Shown here: piece after piece, positions 26,262 through 39,935 of the stretch
Layout: every line of letters starts with the position of its first letter
Numbering within the stretch: the first letter of the stretch is position 1
NCBI GenBank assembly: GCA_012026655.1
Contig: JAAILG010000978.1
Span: forward strand, 1-64,000
Direction: 5' to 3'
Source of the DNA: Hydrolagus affinis
Lineage: Eukaryota
Length of the DNA: 64,000 bases
The notes under the pieces: generated by a model
What the model was told of the DNA's origin: nothing
What the model saw: the letters and a program-made list of their open reading frames with translations, nothing else
Databases searched by the model: none
Program-made: the position numbers and the translations under genes

Positions 26262-29200
26262 AAACACATTCCAAGAATGTGTTTCCACATTTATAAATCT
26301 GGAATTGTATGAAATTTGAAATATTTTGGACGCCTTATTTTTCTAACCAAAAATTCTGTTTATTTCCTTACATTGCCCACAAATATACAGTCAATTCACT
26401 TTATAGTATATTCTGTGAATCGCTTTGAGACATCGATAAGATGTGAAAATGCTACATCAAATGCAAGGATTATTATTATTATAAGTTTAATTCCTGTTCA
26501 TTTTCATTCTCATCTTCTCATCTTCATTTCCAATCCGCCAATTTTGAAAAGTATTTGTTGAATAACGTAGTTGCATATCTTTGTCTCTTGATATTGTGAA
26601 CGAGTCAATGGGAGTCACGTAAGGTCATGTAAGATGCTGGTAGTGCGGCTCAGACATTGACAAGCTTCCTTGGAGAGGTCATGAGTTGGGTGTGGAGAAT
26701 GGAACATGTCACTTTAGGGGGTGTGAGATGAGTCGAATGCACATGATTGGAGCTGTCTTCTGCAGCTGACAGAGAGTTTGATACTATTGCTGACAATGGG
26801 AGAGTGTTCTTTTGTTCAGCACCAAGATCCCTCACCAGGGTAAGTACAATATTCATGGGTGTGGAGGAGAAACAACTAAAGAGAGTAATTTCATACTGTT
26901 CAGTTTGATGATTTGGAAACGTTATTATACCACAGAAAACACTGGACAGACATGATCAATACTTGGATGAGTGACACTATATTTACAATGAAAAGAATAT
27001 AAAATTGGTTTCACTGTACAAATTAAAATTTAGGGTGATAGCCTCAGTTCCATTTCAATGGCTAAATCTAGGGTTCCTGAACTGCCTTATTGTTTTATTT
27101 TTTTAAATTTAGTGGATGCCGCATAATATTATTGAAACAGTGAAGATAATTTCTCCTGGTTTCTTGGTTCAATAGTATCTTACACCAGTGTTGTTCAATA
27201 GAAATCACTGCCGAGCCACAGGTTTGGCTATGGTGACACCATTTATTTACATGCACTGATTTTTGGTAAAAAAAAACACCCAACACACACACACGCAACC
27301 ATTTCAGGTAAATGCACTTCACATGTATATTTACTTATCAAACAGCTACCACCATTCAGTGTAAAAATTTGCTGTTTTCTCTTTATTTTTCTTTCACAAG
27401 ATGGTCCAGACTCACACCTGCTCTCCATCCAGAATTGGTGGCTGCTACTTGCCCTTTGCTATGACGTACCCTGTTGGAGTTGCAGGTTATTGGCTTGCTT
27501 TCATCTAATGGTTTAGAGAGGTTATTCTCATTATTCAAACTGACCATGACAGGTCCCCTCCACACCATATTATTGGGGTTTTCATGGTGCTGAAATTTTA
27601 CCAGATGACCAATAAGCAATGACCAAATACAAAAAAAAATTACACTTATAGAGCGCCTTTCATGTCGGGAGGACATCCCAAAGGACATCCAGGGTGACCA
27701 TAAAGTCATGATGACCACTCAATTATCTTAAAAAAAACATTTTTAAAAACTGATTAGACATTGTAATGGTATCACCACTATGATCAAAAAAACTCACATA
27801 TGCTGTTTTTATAAAATCATCTTACCAAGAACTACAAAAAGTATTGGGATCACAATACGATCACAATACCACAATATATTTTATTAATCAAAACTGCAAT
27901 TTCACATGTGGTTAGTGACTACCACTGAACAACCCTTAGCTTAGATTAATAGGTCATTCATCACAAAATGGATTTGTAGGAGATTACTAGCATTAATTAT
28001 GCCATTTGCCTATAAAAAATCAGTTAATACACTTCATAATAACTTGCAAAGAAATGTTGTCAGAAGATGGTATAAAAAGGATGTTCGTTCCCTCAAATGT
28101 GGGCCTTTTGTACGCCAATAATGGGAGGTAGTACAAAATCGGATTAAATTAAGCTCAATTTCAATTTCAATTTAGCGGATAGCTAAATTTTGACAATCAC
28201 CTTTCCTGTAAAGGATTATGGGTCAATCTGTTATTCTTGCACTCAAATTTCAATTTGACTTGAAATTACCTTATTTATTTGTTCCAAGAATGTACTGTGG
28301 AATGTCTGCGAAGGCAACTTGGGATCTTAAAAAATTGCTAAATTACAATATTTACGGTGGCTCACCTTTATCGCTCAATTTCCCCCCAATTCCTCAAGTG
28401 TATTTGGAGAAATTCAAGTTGTTCTCTATTAATTGTTTGTCAAGGCCCTATTGCTAACATGACTGATTTTATTTGTGTAGTTGCTGGTCGCTCAGCTTTT
28501 ATATTAAAACTGCTTCATGTTTAAAGGTTAGGTGCTCAGCTTACACTGGTTGACTTTTCGGGCAATATTTTTATTCCTTGCAGGAGATGCTTCTTCTCTG
28601 AAGTGACGCAGATAAAGTGACTCATCCACTAAGCAACTGGTTTTCTATTTAATCTGCGATTCACCCTATTCTTACATATTTATGTGCATGAAGATAACAA
28701 CAGCCTTTGGAGTTGCTGTACATTTTGTTCAACTGTTTTATTTCCTTTGCCAATATCGAATTGTAATCTGAGCAATTCATTTCAAATGTTTGACATTACC
28801 TGGGTATATTTTGAAAGAGACTGTTGAAACAGTTTATTAAAATATCTCCGGTCTATACAAACTGTCAAGGAGGAAATTGCATTTCTAATCTTTTTTCAAT
28901 GAGCCAAGATTTTTTTTATTTTTTCTGATAATGTGAGACCACAAATTGTCAAAGTGAAGGCAAAAGTGTAATGCCATTTGTCTCTTCCCAAATAGATATG
29001 GAAGCTTTGTATTGTAGAGAAACACTGCATTAAAAAACCCAATGTCTCAATTCGCTTTGCATTTAGCAATTGATAATCTTGCTCTTGTATTGAAATGATT
29101 GCCTACTTATTGTATAAATTGTTATTGTTTTGAGTTTAAAAATTGAGTAAAACGGGCCTCACTGTTGAAAATATACACCCCAGCTATCTCTGCTCCCACA

Positions 29201-30050
29201 AATCTTAAGCACTCTGAAATGCTAACCTGTGAGAGGGGCACTTTATAAATACTTGTCTCTTAAATATAATTTATTATATTTAGCATCATAGTGTCAACAA
29301 ATTAAGCAGCCATTAAAAAAAATCAAATTGGCAAATGTTCCTCTATACAAAGATTAAAAATAGATATAGATTTTTTTTTTAATGTTTTTTATAGAATAAT
29401 TCATCAGTTTGTCAAGGGATTTATTCTAATTCTTGCGCTGACTCCCTCCAGTTTATTTTATTGGATAGTGTTATGGCTATTGAAAGCTGGTAGCTGGAAA
29501 AATTTCCATCACCTCAAATTTTAATTCTATACTGCAACTTGATAAGTCCATTTACACAGACACAGCTAAACAGCTGCAAATTGGAATTAAATTGCCCAGT
29601 ACAACCGATCAACACAATTCAGATTGAATCTTACTCAAAGGTCATCCTTCCCATTTGGTTTCACTTCAGTTTCACCGATTTATTCTCTTTGGAAAATGAA
29701 AAGTGTCTCAAGTAATTGCTCTGAAGTGTAACAGTGACTGCCATTTACCAGCAGCAAGGTCCCTTCAAGCAACCAGGTGATTATTGATCAATTTGGAGCT
29801 TGGGATCTTGAATAGTGCCACACAATTCTCACAATTACTTATATTCACCCTTTTTTTTTGGTTTCAATCACTCCATTTTACTCTTCAGATATTTAATTCT
29901 CAAAGCATGATATTCCCACAGCTTTTATTAGTTTAAATACCTCTTAGTATTTAGCTGGGTTTGCCAGCATAGCAGCAGTTATCATTCAATTTCAGTACAG
30001 TACTGTATTTTGATTAGAATCATTTCTGACCAAATTATTTCCAGTATTTA

Positions 30051-30573
30051 TGCCCTCCTCGCAGGTCTTCCTTCCTCACCATCCACAAAATTCAGCTCAT
30101 ACAAAACTCTGCCATCCACATTCTCACCCGCATCAAACTTCGCTCCTTGATTACCCCAGTCCTTGCCAAACTCCGCTGGCTCCCTGTCACAGAACGGATT
30201 GCAGTCAAGATCCTCACTCTTGAATTTTAAACCCCTCAACTCCTCTGCACCCTCCCAATCTCTCTAACCTCCTCTCTCCTCACAGCAGTACCCGGTCCTT
30301 CCACTCTACTGGGTCTGGCGTCCTCCTCGTCCCCCAAATCGGTGGCCATTCTTTCAGTTACTATGCCTCGAAACTTTGGAACTCTCTCCCTCAACTCCTT
30401 CATCTCGCTCCCTCCTTTCCCATCTTCAGGTCGCGCCTGAAGACCTTTCTCTTTGACCGCGCTTACGGTCACCATCCCCCCTCCCCCTGGCCCGGCCTCG
30501 GGCTCCGCCATTGTGAAATGTCCTGAGACACCGCCCGGCATGGAGGGCTCTATATAAATGCAAGTTGTTGTTG
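30051..30573 (+). mobile_element. L2 family A 3' fragment
   Basis: Colinear with 7522-8059 (ALLAGLPSSPSTK.., gatcctcactctt, stem-loop, TTG tail). Confidence 0.9.
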
Positions 30574-31716
30574 TATTTATCTTCCTCTGTTATATTTGCC
30601 CATTCATAGCTGTTGCTTAATTTCTTACTGTTAAGTGTCATCCATCTGCCAGCCTTAATAGGTTTATCTTAGTCAAAGAGTTCTACCTTCTTATTTTTGG
30701 TTTCTTACTCATCTTTCCCTTCTAACTATAACTACATACTGGAAATGGCATCAGTATTGTCACTAGTTGCATGTACCTCTGAATTCCAATAGCTTATTCC
30801 TCCTGCTCCTTGCTTCTGTAAAAAGTAATTAAGCTTATCGTTCACTGCCAGTTTCTCCTTATTTCAATGTTTGATTGTGTTTCTTTCTACCCCCAAACAA
30901 TGTTATTTCCTTCTACTTCATCAAGCCTAAAATTTTCCCTCTTTATATTTAGTAGTGTCTTCAAGCCTTCCAAATGCAATTCAAATTAATCCCAATTATT
31001 TTCATGTTTTGTACCGACTGAACGTGCTGAAATTTCCAATTGCCAATCAATATTGGAGTAATGGTATTTTTTTTTTTTGATTGTACCTTAATTCAGGCAA
31101 ATTGTTCACTGGAAGCATTGAACCTATTGGCAGCACCATTGCCTATTAGAAACAGTCAGGTCTCAGAGGCCTCATTAATCTTCTCACCAAATTGCTGTTC
31201 ACCTCCTGGATGGGTCTGCTCTTTTTGTACATGTGTGTGTGTGGTAAATCGGCATTGTCAATAACAGAATTGACCTTTACTGTATTTGATGCAATACACA
31301 AATGATTGTATAAAGTTCCTTTTGAAAATAACCTTTTGGTAAAACATGAGATTATGCTGATAATGACCAGATATTGGCAATGGAATTAATTTTGTCCCAA
31401 TATGTAGTATGCTAGCTACGGAAATTGGGCTACCACTTCAAGACTTTGACTGCTTTTGATCATCTTTGCCCTCTGCAGCCCAACTTTAAAAAAATAAAGC
31501 TGTGATGGGAAGATGGTTGTTTTGCACACTGAGATCAAATGGGCCAAAGGGCTTTCTTCATTCTTGTGCGTAGCTACAATTTATTTTTGATCTAATTCAA
31601 AATATATTTCTCACAGCCAAATAAAACAAAACAGAAAACTTGTACGAGGAAGAACAAATCTCACTCCTGCTTGTCTACTCACAGTTTTCTTAGTGTGGTA
31701 CTTAAATTGTTGAAGG

Positions 31717-32105
31717 AATAACAACTAAAAGCAAAATTACACTTGAATAGCGCCTTTCACATCAGGAGGATGTCTCAAGGCGCTGGACAGTCACTGTTTC
31801 AGACCCGAGCTGAGACAGGGTGGGTGGAGGGAAGGAGGGGAATTAGGAGTTGCCGATGGGTCCATCGAAGAGGAGAGTCTTGAGGTGAGACTTGAAGGAG
31901 GCCAGGGAGGGGGTGAGGTGGAGGGATTGCGGGATGGAGTTCCAGAGGTTGGGGGTAGAGTGACTAAACGCTCGCCAGCCAATGGTGGGGTGAAGAACAT
32001 TCAGCAGGCCAGAGCGTGCTGAGCGGAAGGCGCAGGCAGGTTGGTAAGGGGTTAGGAGGTCATTGATGTAGGATGGTGCGAGGTTGTGGGGGGCTTTAAA
32101 TGTGG
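31717..32105 (-). mobile_element. L2 family B 3' fragment
   Basis: Minus ORF LAPSYINDLLTPYQP..R..GWRAFS..PNLWNSIP..SFKSHLKTLLF plus stem-loop tail. Confidence 0.9.
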
Positions 32106-32467
32106 AATAAAAGCCCAACCATTGTTAATGAAGAGTTTTAAAGAGTCGTTCGACTCAGATTTTACAGACAGGAAGTTACGTCAGTATTTCCTCATTGATG
32201 TAACCCCTTTGAAATATAAAGACATCACAATCTATGAACCAAATACAAGTCAAGATACAAACATTTAAAAGAGCCTCTATGCTCTGGTGATAGAAATAAC
32301 CCACCTCTCCACAATTCCATTTTTGCAGTGGTGATAAATGATAATTGGAACTTCACAAACACTGCCATTTGATTAACAGGAAATATTTTCAGGCTGAAGT
32401 GGACGAAGTGTCAGCAAAAATAGAATGTAATTCATATGGCAAAGACTTTGTTGGTTAATCATATAAC

Positions 32468-32590
32468 AATAATAATAATCCTTGCATTTGATATAGCACT
32501 TTTCATGTCTTCTAGACATCTCAAAGCACTTCACGGAATATACTGTAAAGTGAATTGACTGTATTTGTGGGTGAAATATGTATGGCATGC
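32468..32590 (-). mobile_element. SINE 3' fragment
   Basis: aataataataatccttgcatttgatatagc...gtgaattgactgtatttgtggg. Confidence 0.85.
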
Positions 32591-34119
32591 AATGTGTTTA
32601 GCATTTCTACTTAATTGTGGAAATCTGTAATTCAAGTAAAATAATGCTACTGCGCACAATATTTTAGAATATATAATTTTAAAATCAAATAGCTAGCAGT
32701 CAGGAAAGTTAAAACAAACTAATATTAAAAGACTGAACTGGTAACCTGAATTATGAACATGAACATTTCAGACATGGATTTCCAAGCAATTGACTCTTTG
32801 ATATTGTTCCTATGTTAGTCAATGTTAGAGAACACTTTAATGATGCATTTCCCCCTGCTCACCCTTTATATTATACTTTCTGTACAATGCCCAGATATAA
32901 ATTCATGAAATAGATCTACTGTATTGTTACAGTAAAATAAATTGCTAGAACTCATCAGTATTGAGGGTAACATAAGATAAAGGATGATTATTCAGGTAAC
33001 CAATTCAGTCTTTTAATACAAATTCATTTTAAGTTTCCTGACTCCTAGCTATTTGATATAAAAATCATGTGTTCTAAAACATTTAGTGTACAAGACTAGT
33101 ACACAACTGCAATCAGTGGTGATTCTTTTCAAACAGCTTATTTTGTGGGTTCGATTGCTTCTTAGTACAGTATAACCACGGGAGAACATGCAGAATCATT
33201 ACTGGTTATTGCATCTACACAGCTCTATGGAAATTCTTTAAAATCCCTGCCCGAGAGATTTGTTTCAATAGAGCAAAATATTTAATTGAACTACCATTCA
33301 GTTGCATGTCAAATTAGAATTATTGCTCCAAATTCGAACGCCAGCACAATTTTCTTTATATAATTCTGAATTATTTGCCAAAATGGCTCCAGAACAACAG
33401 TCTCCAATTCCCTTTATGGATATAATAACGTAAATCTTGTTTTCTTTGTTTAATACTGTCGCAGATTGCAGGTTGCTGTGATCGTGAAGCCTTGATCATA
33501 TAATAACAGGCAGTTCCAAATGGAAATAAATACACTGAACTGTTTATGACCATATCTAGATAATTAAATGGGAGGTTGAATTTTTTTAAGTTAGTTATTT
33601 TAGGAAGTATGTTGCGATTAAAGAAGATTGCAAAATCGTGTGGCTTTAAATTACAGTGGAAATTTTTACAATGGAGATGTTTATGTATATCATTCATAAC
33701 CCACATATGGATAAAGAATGGTGCTTTAATTTCTTTGATTTGATTGGTTTCAGGTGGTGGTGACCACAGCAGATTTGTGATCGCATTAAAGCAGTGCAGA
33801 GCACAGAGAAAAAAGATTGGGGGGGTAATAATTGAAACTCTGGACAAGCTTACCCATCTCAGAAGGAAAGAGAATAGTTATCATTGATTCAGCGAGACTG
33901 AAAGCAAAACAACGAGAGATGATGAGTCATGGAAAGGATGAACACGTCCTTAGTAATGCCCTGTCCACTGCAAGGAACTTTGATAGCAGAGAACTACCGA
34001 GAAAGTAGTGAGGGAGAAGAGATTATCGGGTTATGGGAGGTGGCTAGAGTGAAGAGATTATTAGCGCTCTGAGGTGCTACCCGGCATGGAGGGCGCTATA
34101 TAAGTGCAAGTTTACGGAA

Positions 34120-34288
34120 TTCTGTAGCTCAGTAGGGAATCCTGTAACTCAGTGGTTAGAGACCTGGGTTTGATTCCCCTGTGGGCAAATCATTGGGCAA
34201 GTTTCCTTATTCCATACGCCTGACAATAATCCCATCCAGATAAAAAAAATAATAAAATTGGTTACTTCAATCCATGACTGTTTGTGAA
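34120..34288 (+). mobile_element. SINE 5' half with duplicated A-box region
   Basis: ctgtagctcagt...ctgtaactcagtggttagag...gggtttgattccc...gggcaagtttccttattcca. Confidence 0.75.
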
Positions 34289-34759
34289 TTATTAATGAAT
34301 GGATGGGATGGGCCGGATGAGTGGAATGGATGGGATGGACCACATTTTTATTAAGATACAATACTTTGGTCCAGCTTCTGGTGACTCAGGTGGTAAGAAG
34401 ACTGCCCAGTGCGAAAATGAGTCACAAAGACGAGGGAGTTGTGAGGAGAATGATGGCAAAGGACAAATCTAGAGATTGGGGTTAATCACTTTGGCAGTGC
34501 AGGAAGTATTTTCAAAATGTTCCCCTTCAATTTTCTGAAAGCATTGACTCATTCATGCTGATGTGATTTCATTAGCTCATATCTCCTTCCATTACCTTGG
34601 CCAATAAATTGCTTTTCACGTGTCAAACTGAAAAATGTATCTCAGGGCTGTGGGAAGCATAAAATTATGCCCAACCTTCACAAATGTGCCATATCCTGCA
34701 GAACTTGATTGGAGTGAGATTGTTCCCCTCCAAGCTTAAAGGTACTGACAACAGAAATG

Positions 34760-34932
34760 ACTCTCCCGTTGACACTGCTCACCCGATCACTTTCCTCCTT
34801 CGTCTTGAGGTGATCTCAAGACCCTCCTCTTCAACCTCCTTCCTCCCTTGCCCTCCACTCTCCCCGATCCAGCACTTTCGGATGTCCTTCCCATGTGAAA
34901 GGCACTGTACAAATGTAATTTTGTTGTTGTTG
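34760..34932 (+). mobile_element. L2 family B 3' fragment (decayed)
   Basis: tctcaagaccctcctcttc...gtgaaaggcactgtacaaatgtaattttgttgttgttg. Confidence 0.75.
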
Positions 34933-35958
34933 CACCAGCTGAGATCAGTTAGCTCTAGAGATCAAAGGTGAGACCTCCTAGAATGTACAGCTTATTTTCA
35001 CCCTGAGCAGGCTCACTGAGTCCAAATCAACCATCAGGCGCCAGATGTGAACAATCTAATAGGCTGAAAAGGGTTCTTCATCTGAACTTGTGAAGATTAA
35101 AAATGAAGACCTCACTCTTCTTCAGAACATCAATTCTCATCCTAAGAAATTCCATAGCCTAAATATTATAACATGAAGTAGAATTGTTTGCATGAAATGT
35201 TCTCCTTCGGGTTTTGTTAATTTCGATATTAACTACCACATTTACCAAAACCAAACTATCAATAGTGTGCATTTCCACATGAAGCTATAAAGAAAAGCAA
35301 TTGCTTTCCGTATCAATGAATTAACAATAAGCAGCTTGGAACAATTATCAATCAGTTCTTAGTCCAAGAGAGAGCAGGTGCAACATTTCAACCAATTGCT
35401 CAAATTAAACACTTTGCCATAAAGATACTGCAAATCATCAAATTTTTTTTATGTATCTTCACAATTACAGCTAATCAAGCACGAACCACAGGCAGCAATT
35501 GAAACACAGCCCACCAGTGAACACAGTGTTTAGGTTTGTAGAAAGAGAAACAGCCAGCCACAAGAGAAGGTTGAGAATGGATTATTTGGCATAGAGAGTA
35601 AGGTAAGTTTCTATGGTACCAGACTGTTCTCAAGTGACACGAATATCGCAAGGTACATTGAGATTCTGTGTATCAATGTTATAGTACTGCTAACACACTA
35701 CTTGATGGTGAAGGAGCTTACAGAAATAATTCTCTGGCAGTAGATGCTGTATTCATCTTAAACATCCATACCAGCATTTTCCAGTCTGAAATTCCACAGT
35801 TGTTAGTGAAAATTCCTTTTTCAATTTAAACTATAAAAAAAATGCTTGTTTAATGTTTCTTGATTCAGTTAAACAATTGAATTGAATACTGGTTCAAGAA
35901 TTGAGATGTACTCATAGGAAGAAGATTAAAAAAAAGGGAAATCCAGAGGAGAAAAACA

Positions 35959-36926
35959 GTGGGGTCATGGAAAATAACACATAACAAGAGCTGGTTGGCT
36001 TCATTGATTCCCTAGGTCCCAGTGAGCACAATGATCAGTGGATTTGTACAGAATTAATGTGTGTTAGGAAATGAAGTAAAATGAGCAAGGTAAATCAAAC
36101 ATAAATACTTTTTAAATTAAAAAATAGATATATATCAATAACTGCTTTTCCAGCTTCTGGAACAATGCAAGCAATAATAATAATAATCCTTGCATTTGAT
36201 ACAGCGCTTTTCACATCTTATCAACGTCTCAAAGCGCTTCACAGAATATACAAATAAAGTGAATTGACTGTATAGTTGTGGGCGAAACATGGCAGCCAAT
36301 TGCACACAGCAGTTTCCCACAAACAGTCGTGGATTGAAATGACCAATTTTTTTTATTATTGTGTTGTTTTGGACGGATTATTATTAGGCGTGTGCAGCAA
36401 GGAAGCTTACCTAAGTTTCGTCCTGATCTGCCTGGATTCAAACACAGGTCTCACGCTTGTAAGGCGAGTGCTCTAACCACTGATCTACAGGAGCAATATC
36501 TGTATCAATTTACCTTGTATGGGACCCGATGTTTATAATGGAAAATATCAGCAATGCGGAAAAGCAGATCCTCACCGCAGGTAATGGCTCTCAGTCAATG
36601 AGTCATAAAGGTCTAATACAAATACTCCAGTATTTTCTTCCCAGTGCTGAATGGGAAATAGAAGGCTGATTTAAAGAAAAATCTGAGTGCTTAAATCATT
36701 TTGAGATTCCCTAAAGCTGAAGCCTTTCTTATTCTATCGCAGATGTCAACTTTAATATACATTAATAGCTACTTTCTCACCAAACAAATTGCTCATTTTA
36801 TTTAATTTGCCAATGCACATTAATTCTCCACAAATCCACTGGTTGCAGTGCCCACTCATGAGACCAAGAGAATAGAATCAATGAAGCCAACTACCTTCTG
36901 ATATGTGTTATTTTCCATGTGCCCAC
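35959..36926. repeat. Pair of ~130-bp imperfect inverted repeats (35959-36088 and 36789-36926), probable old foldback or MITE-like element
   Basis: catggaaaataacacata/tatgtgttattttccatg, gttggcttcattgattc/gaatcaatgaagccaac, cagtggatttgt/acaaatccactg, agaattaatgtg/cacattaattct, taaaatgagcaa/ttgctcatttta in mirrored order. Confidence 0.85.
36173..36494 (-). mobile_element. Full-length tRNA-derived SINE with DeuSINE/L2-like tail
   Basis: Minus strand: A box (tagatcagtggttagagc), B box (gtttgaatcc), body, stem-loop and (ATT)n; candidate TSD agcaata at 36170-36176 and 36492-36498. Confidence 0.9.
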
Positions 36927-36959
36927 CCACCGAATTTCAGGGAGATACTTAACTAAATG

Positions 36960-37325
36960 TTGAGCTGTGTGTGGAGTAAGGAAACTTGCCCAATATTTTG
37001 CCCTGTTGGGAATCAAACAACAACTTGCACTTATATAACATCCTCCACACCAGCTAGGGTCTCAGAGAGCTTAACAGTAGCGGAGCCTGACTCCAAGCTG
37101 GTGGGTGGGGGTGAAGGTGATAGAGGAGGAAAGTCTTCAGGTGGGATTTGGAAAAAGGAGAGAGAGGAGGCAAGGCAGAGGCATTGAGGGAGCGTGTTCC
37201 AGAGTTACATGTACTTATGAGGCGAGTGACCAGGTATTTCGCTTGCTGAACAAGAACAACAAAATTACATTTCTAGAAACCTTTCACGTCTGGAGGACAT
37301 AGCTCTAACCATTGAGCTACAGGAC
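36960..37325 (-). mobile_element. SINE head interrupted by two L2 3' fragments (family A ~37017-37206, family B ~37248-37300)
   Basis: SINE pieces ggagtaaggaaacttgccc..gggaatc, gaggcgagtg and gctctaaccattgagctacagga lie in order around two L2 tails. Confidence 0.75.
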
Positions 37326-39681
37326 TCTAGTCTTTGTGAGTATATTCACGGATAACTAGCTGAGGAAGTGTTATGAGATTTGTTTCCTATTGTGAATGTT
37401 TCAGTGGCAATTCATTATATTATGATGGAAATCTGAGGGTACAATAAACACATAACAGCATCTGTAGATGTAGGTGGTATCTATTGTCATTTAGATTTTC
37501 CAGGTGGTGGAACCATTTTTTTCTATTTAGAATGAAAGCAAAATACATTTTGTGCCAACAGAAGCTATGCCAGTTCCAGGAATGTGAAAATAACATTGCA
37601 CCTTATTATGCATTAAACACAATAAGCTTCACAGTGGAAAGTACAGTGAAAGGACAAGACTTAAAATAAATTAATCCTGGGGAACCTTAATATCTCTGAC
37701 TGGTCAGAAATGCTGGAGTTCAGCTGCCCCTGAATCCCCTGGGACATTGCTCCCTTTATTTAAAGCTGTGCAATCATTCAGGAAGACAGTAGTATCTGTC
37801 TGAGTGGCAGCTGAAAATACATCTAATCACTTCAGTGCTGGCACAATGCCCAGAGATGGGATTGGCTGCTTCAGCAACTGACGAGCGTGGGAGGCCATCT
37901 GCTTTGATTTTTCTCTGAGTCCTGAGGAAAGTGTTTGAAGCAATGACAATGTGGTAAGCGTAACAGTGCAGATAGGATAAATATATACTGCTGTGTTAGT
38001 GTTAGGAAGGCAATGTCTGCATCTCAGCTCCAGGCAATACAAAGTAGTGAATGAGAAAGCCCTTCAAGCATGCTTCTGCCAACACACTACAACAACCAAC
38101 AAAATTGCACTTATATAGCACCTTTCACGTCGGGAAGATGTCCCAACGCGCTGAAGCACTATGTATAATTTGTCACAGGTTTTAATCAAATTTCCTGATG
38201 CAGATTAAAACAAAGAAGCAACAATAGTAAAATGTGTTGGGGAGGGGGTGGGCAGTGGGGATAAAGCCCTGTAAAAAATTCTCTCTTATCTTCATGCTTT
38301 CAATTATATCAGTTTAATATTACAATTCACATTTATTTATCCATGACTGACTGTACTAATGAGGTCAACCTTAGTTCCATTGATGTTCCATTGGGTACTT
38401 ACTGATTTTGTTGACGAAAACATAAAGGCCATGTTTTTTGGAACATCTTCTAAACCTCAGTGGGTTTTGCAAAGCCAATTTGTTTGTGATGTGGTTTGGG
38501 CTAGACAGGGATGAAAATATAATTAACCAGCCTACCAGTACTCACCGTCTGTGAACACACAACGAACATCATCCTTTGGCTGAAATCTTGAAGGGTTGGT
38601 GATCACAGAATGGTATTCTAGCGTGAGTGGTTACATTCAGGAGAATATGAGTTTTTTTTAAAAGGAGGGAAATTGAGCAGGAACAGGGGAAGGGAAGTAT
38701 TTGTCACTTATTAAAATGTTCAATTTGCATTATTGTAGCTAAGTCCATTGGATATTATAACTCGCTTTATTTATAGATATAGTCAATCATGTGTGATGAT
38801 GCTAAGATGGTATGTACAATAATTGCTCCGTATTTATCTTTCCAAATAGTGTCTAGCACTACACAGTGCAATCGATCATACTGCCAGCTTACCACTCCTC
38901 TGTCAGATCATAACATTCTTAAGCAATTTCAAACAAGGTTCCTTTGTGAATTATCAACTTAAAATGAAATATGTTAAGTATACTATTGTCATTTTCTTGG
39001 CAACTATGTAGCCATCGCCAGAGCCAGGACCTCAAATAGCACTCCGTAATCTCCTATTTAGGGAACTCTTTCCTAGGAAACTCTTGCTGAAAGCCTTTTG
39101 GCAGTGAGAGCAAAATAGGTAAATACCGTGATTTTTTAAATCAATTTTGTCCTCAAACCATTTGATCATACTGGATCTTAAGATTAAATGAGGGAGTATA
39201 AACAAAAGATGAGAAAACAGAACAAAGCTGGATGGTGACTTTGGGGTGTGTTTAGATTGAAGATGAGCAAGGCCGATGGGTAATCTAACCACGAACTGGT
39301 GCGTAGAACACCTGACAGCCCTGTAGCATTTCCCTTAATTAGCCATAAAATTATCAAATAAAACAGACGTCTGTTGTAAGATTATTGTTGTGCAGTCAAT
39401 ACTAAATGATTTTTGTGCTGGATAAATGGCACCGAGGCTGTTAATGTAAACCAATTGCTCCCATAGGTGTCGCACAGTGTTCTGTTTGTTAAAGGTTCAA
39501 TTATTGAAAAGAATCCTAATACCGTATTGTAATAGTAGCATAGAAATGGGGCTGCCAATTCTATTGTCGTACAAATAAGGAATGTTAACAAAACCTATGT
39601 GATCATCCTTGTTCATCAAACTAAGTTCAAGTTGTTATATGAACTTAAAGGAGTACTTTCCTTTACTTAGGTTATTTATCC

Positions 39682-39935
39682 AAACATACAAACAAAATTT
39701 GTAGGCTGCCTTTCACATCGGGAGGACGTTCCAAGGCTCTGAACAGTCAGGGGCCAGGACCTGAGCATGGTGGGGGTTGGTGGCATGGGTGGGTGGAAGG
39801 TGGTGGCAGACAAAGTTGGGATGAGGAAGCGCAGAGAGGTAGGAGGACGGCTGAAGGCACGGTCAAAAAGGAGGTTTCTTGAGATGGGGCAAGGCAGGGA
39901 GCAAGGAGAAGAAGGGAATATGGGATGGAGCAAAA
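39682..39935 (-). mobile_element. L2 family B 3' fragment
   Basis: cctttcacatcgggaggacgttccaaggc; minus frame ..LLFDRAF.. Confidence 0.8.

Noticed and set aside
33753-33825. Possible plus-strand exon (tttcag|GTGGTG...GGG|gtaata; GGDHSRFVIALKQCRAQRKKIG)
   Set aside because: Weak polypyrimidine tract, no recognisable protein, no partner exons
33371-33847. 158-aa minus-strand ORF, the longest non-transposon ORF downstream of BRWD3
   Set aside because: Non-ATG start, AT-rich F/I/N/K-biased composition, no recognisable motif or flanking exon chain; consistent with chance
34297-34338. Short tandem duplication gaatggatgggatgg x2
   Set aside because: Simple low-complexity slippage next to a truncated SINE; no further structure
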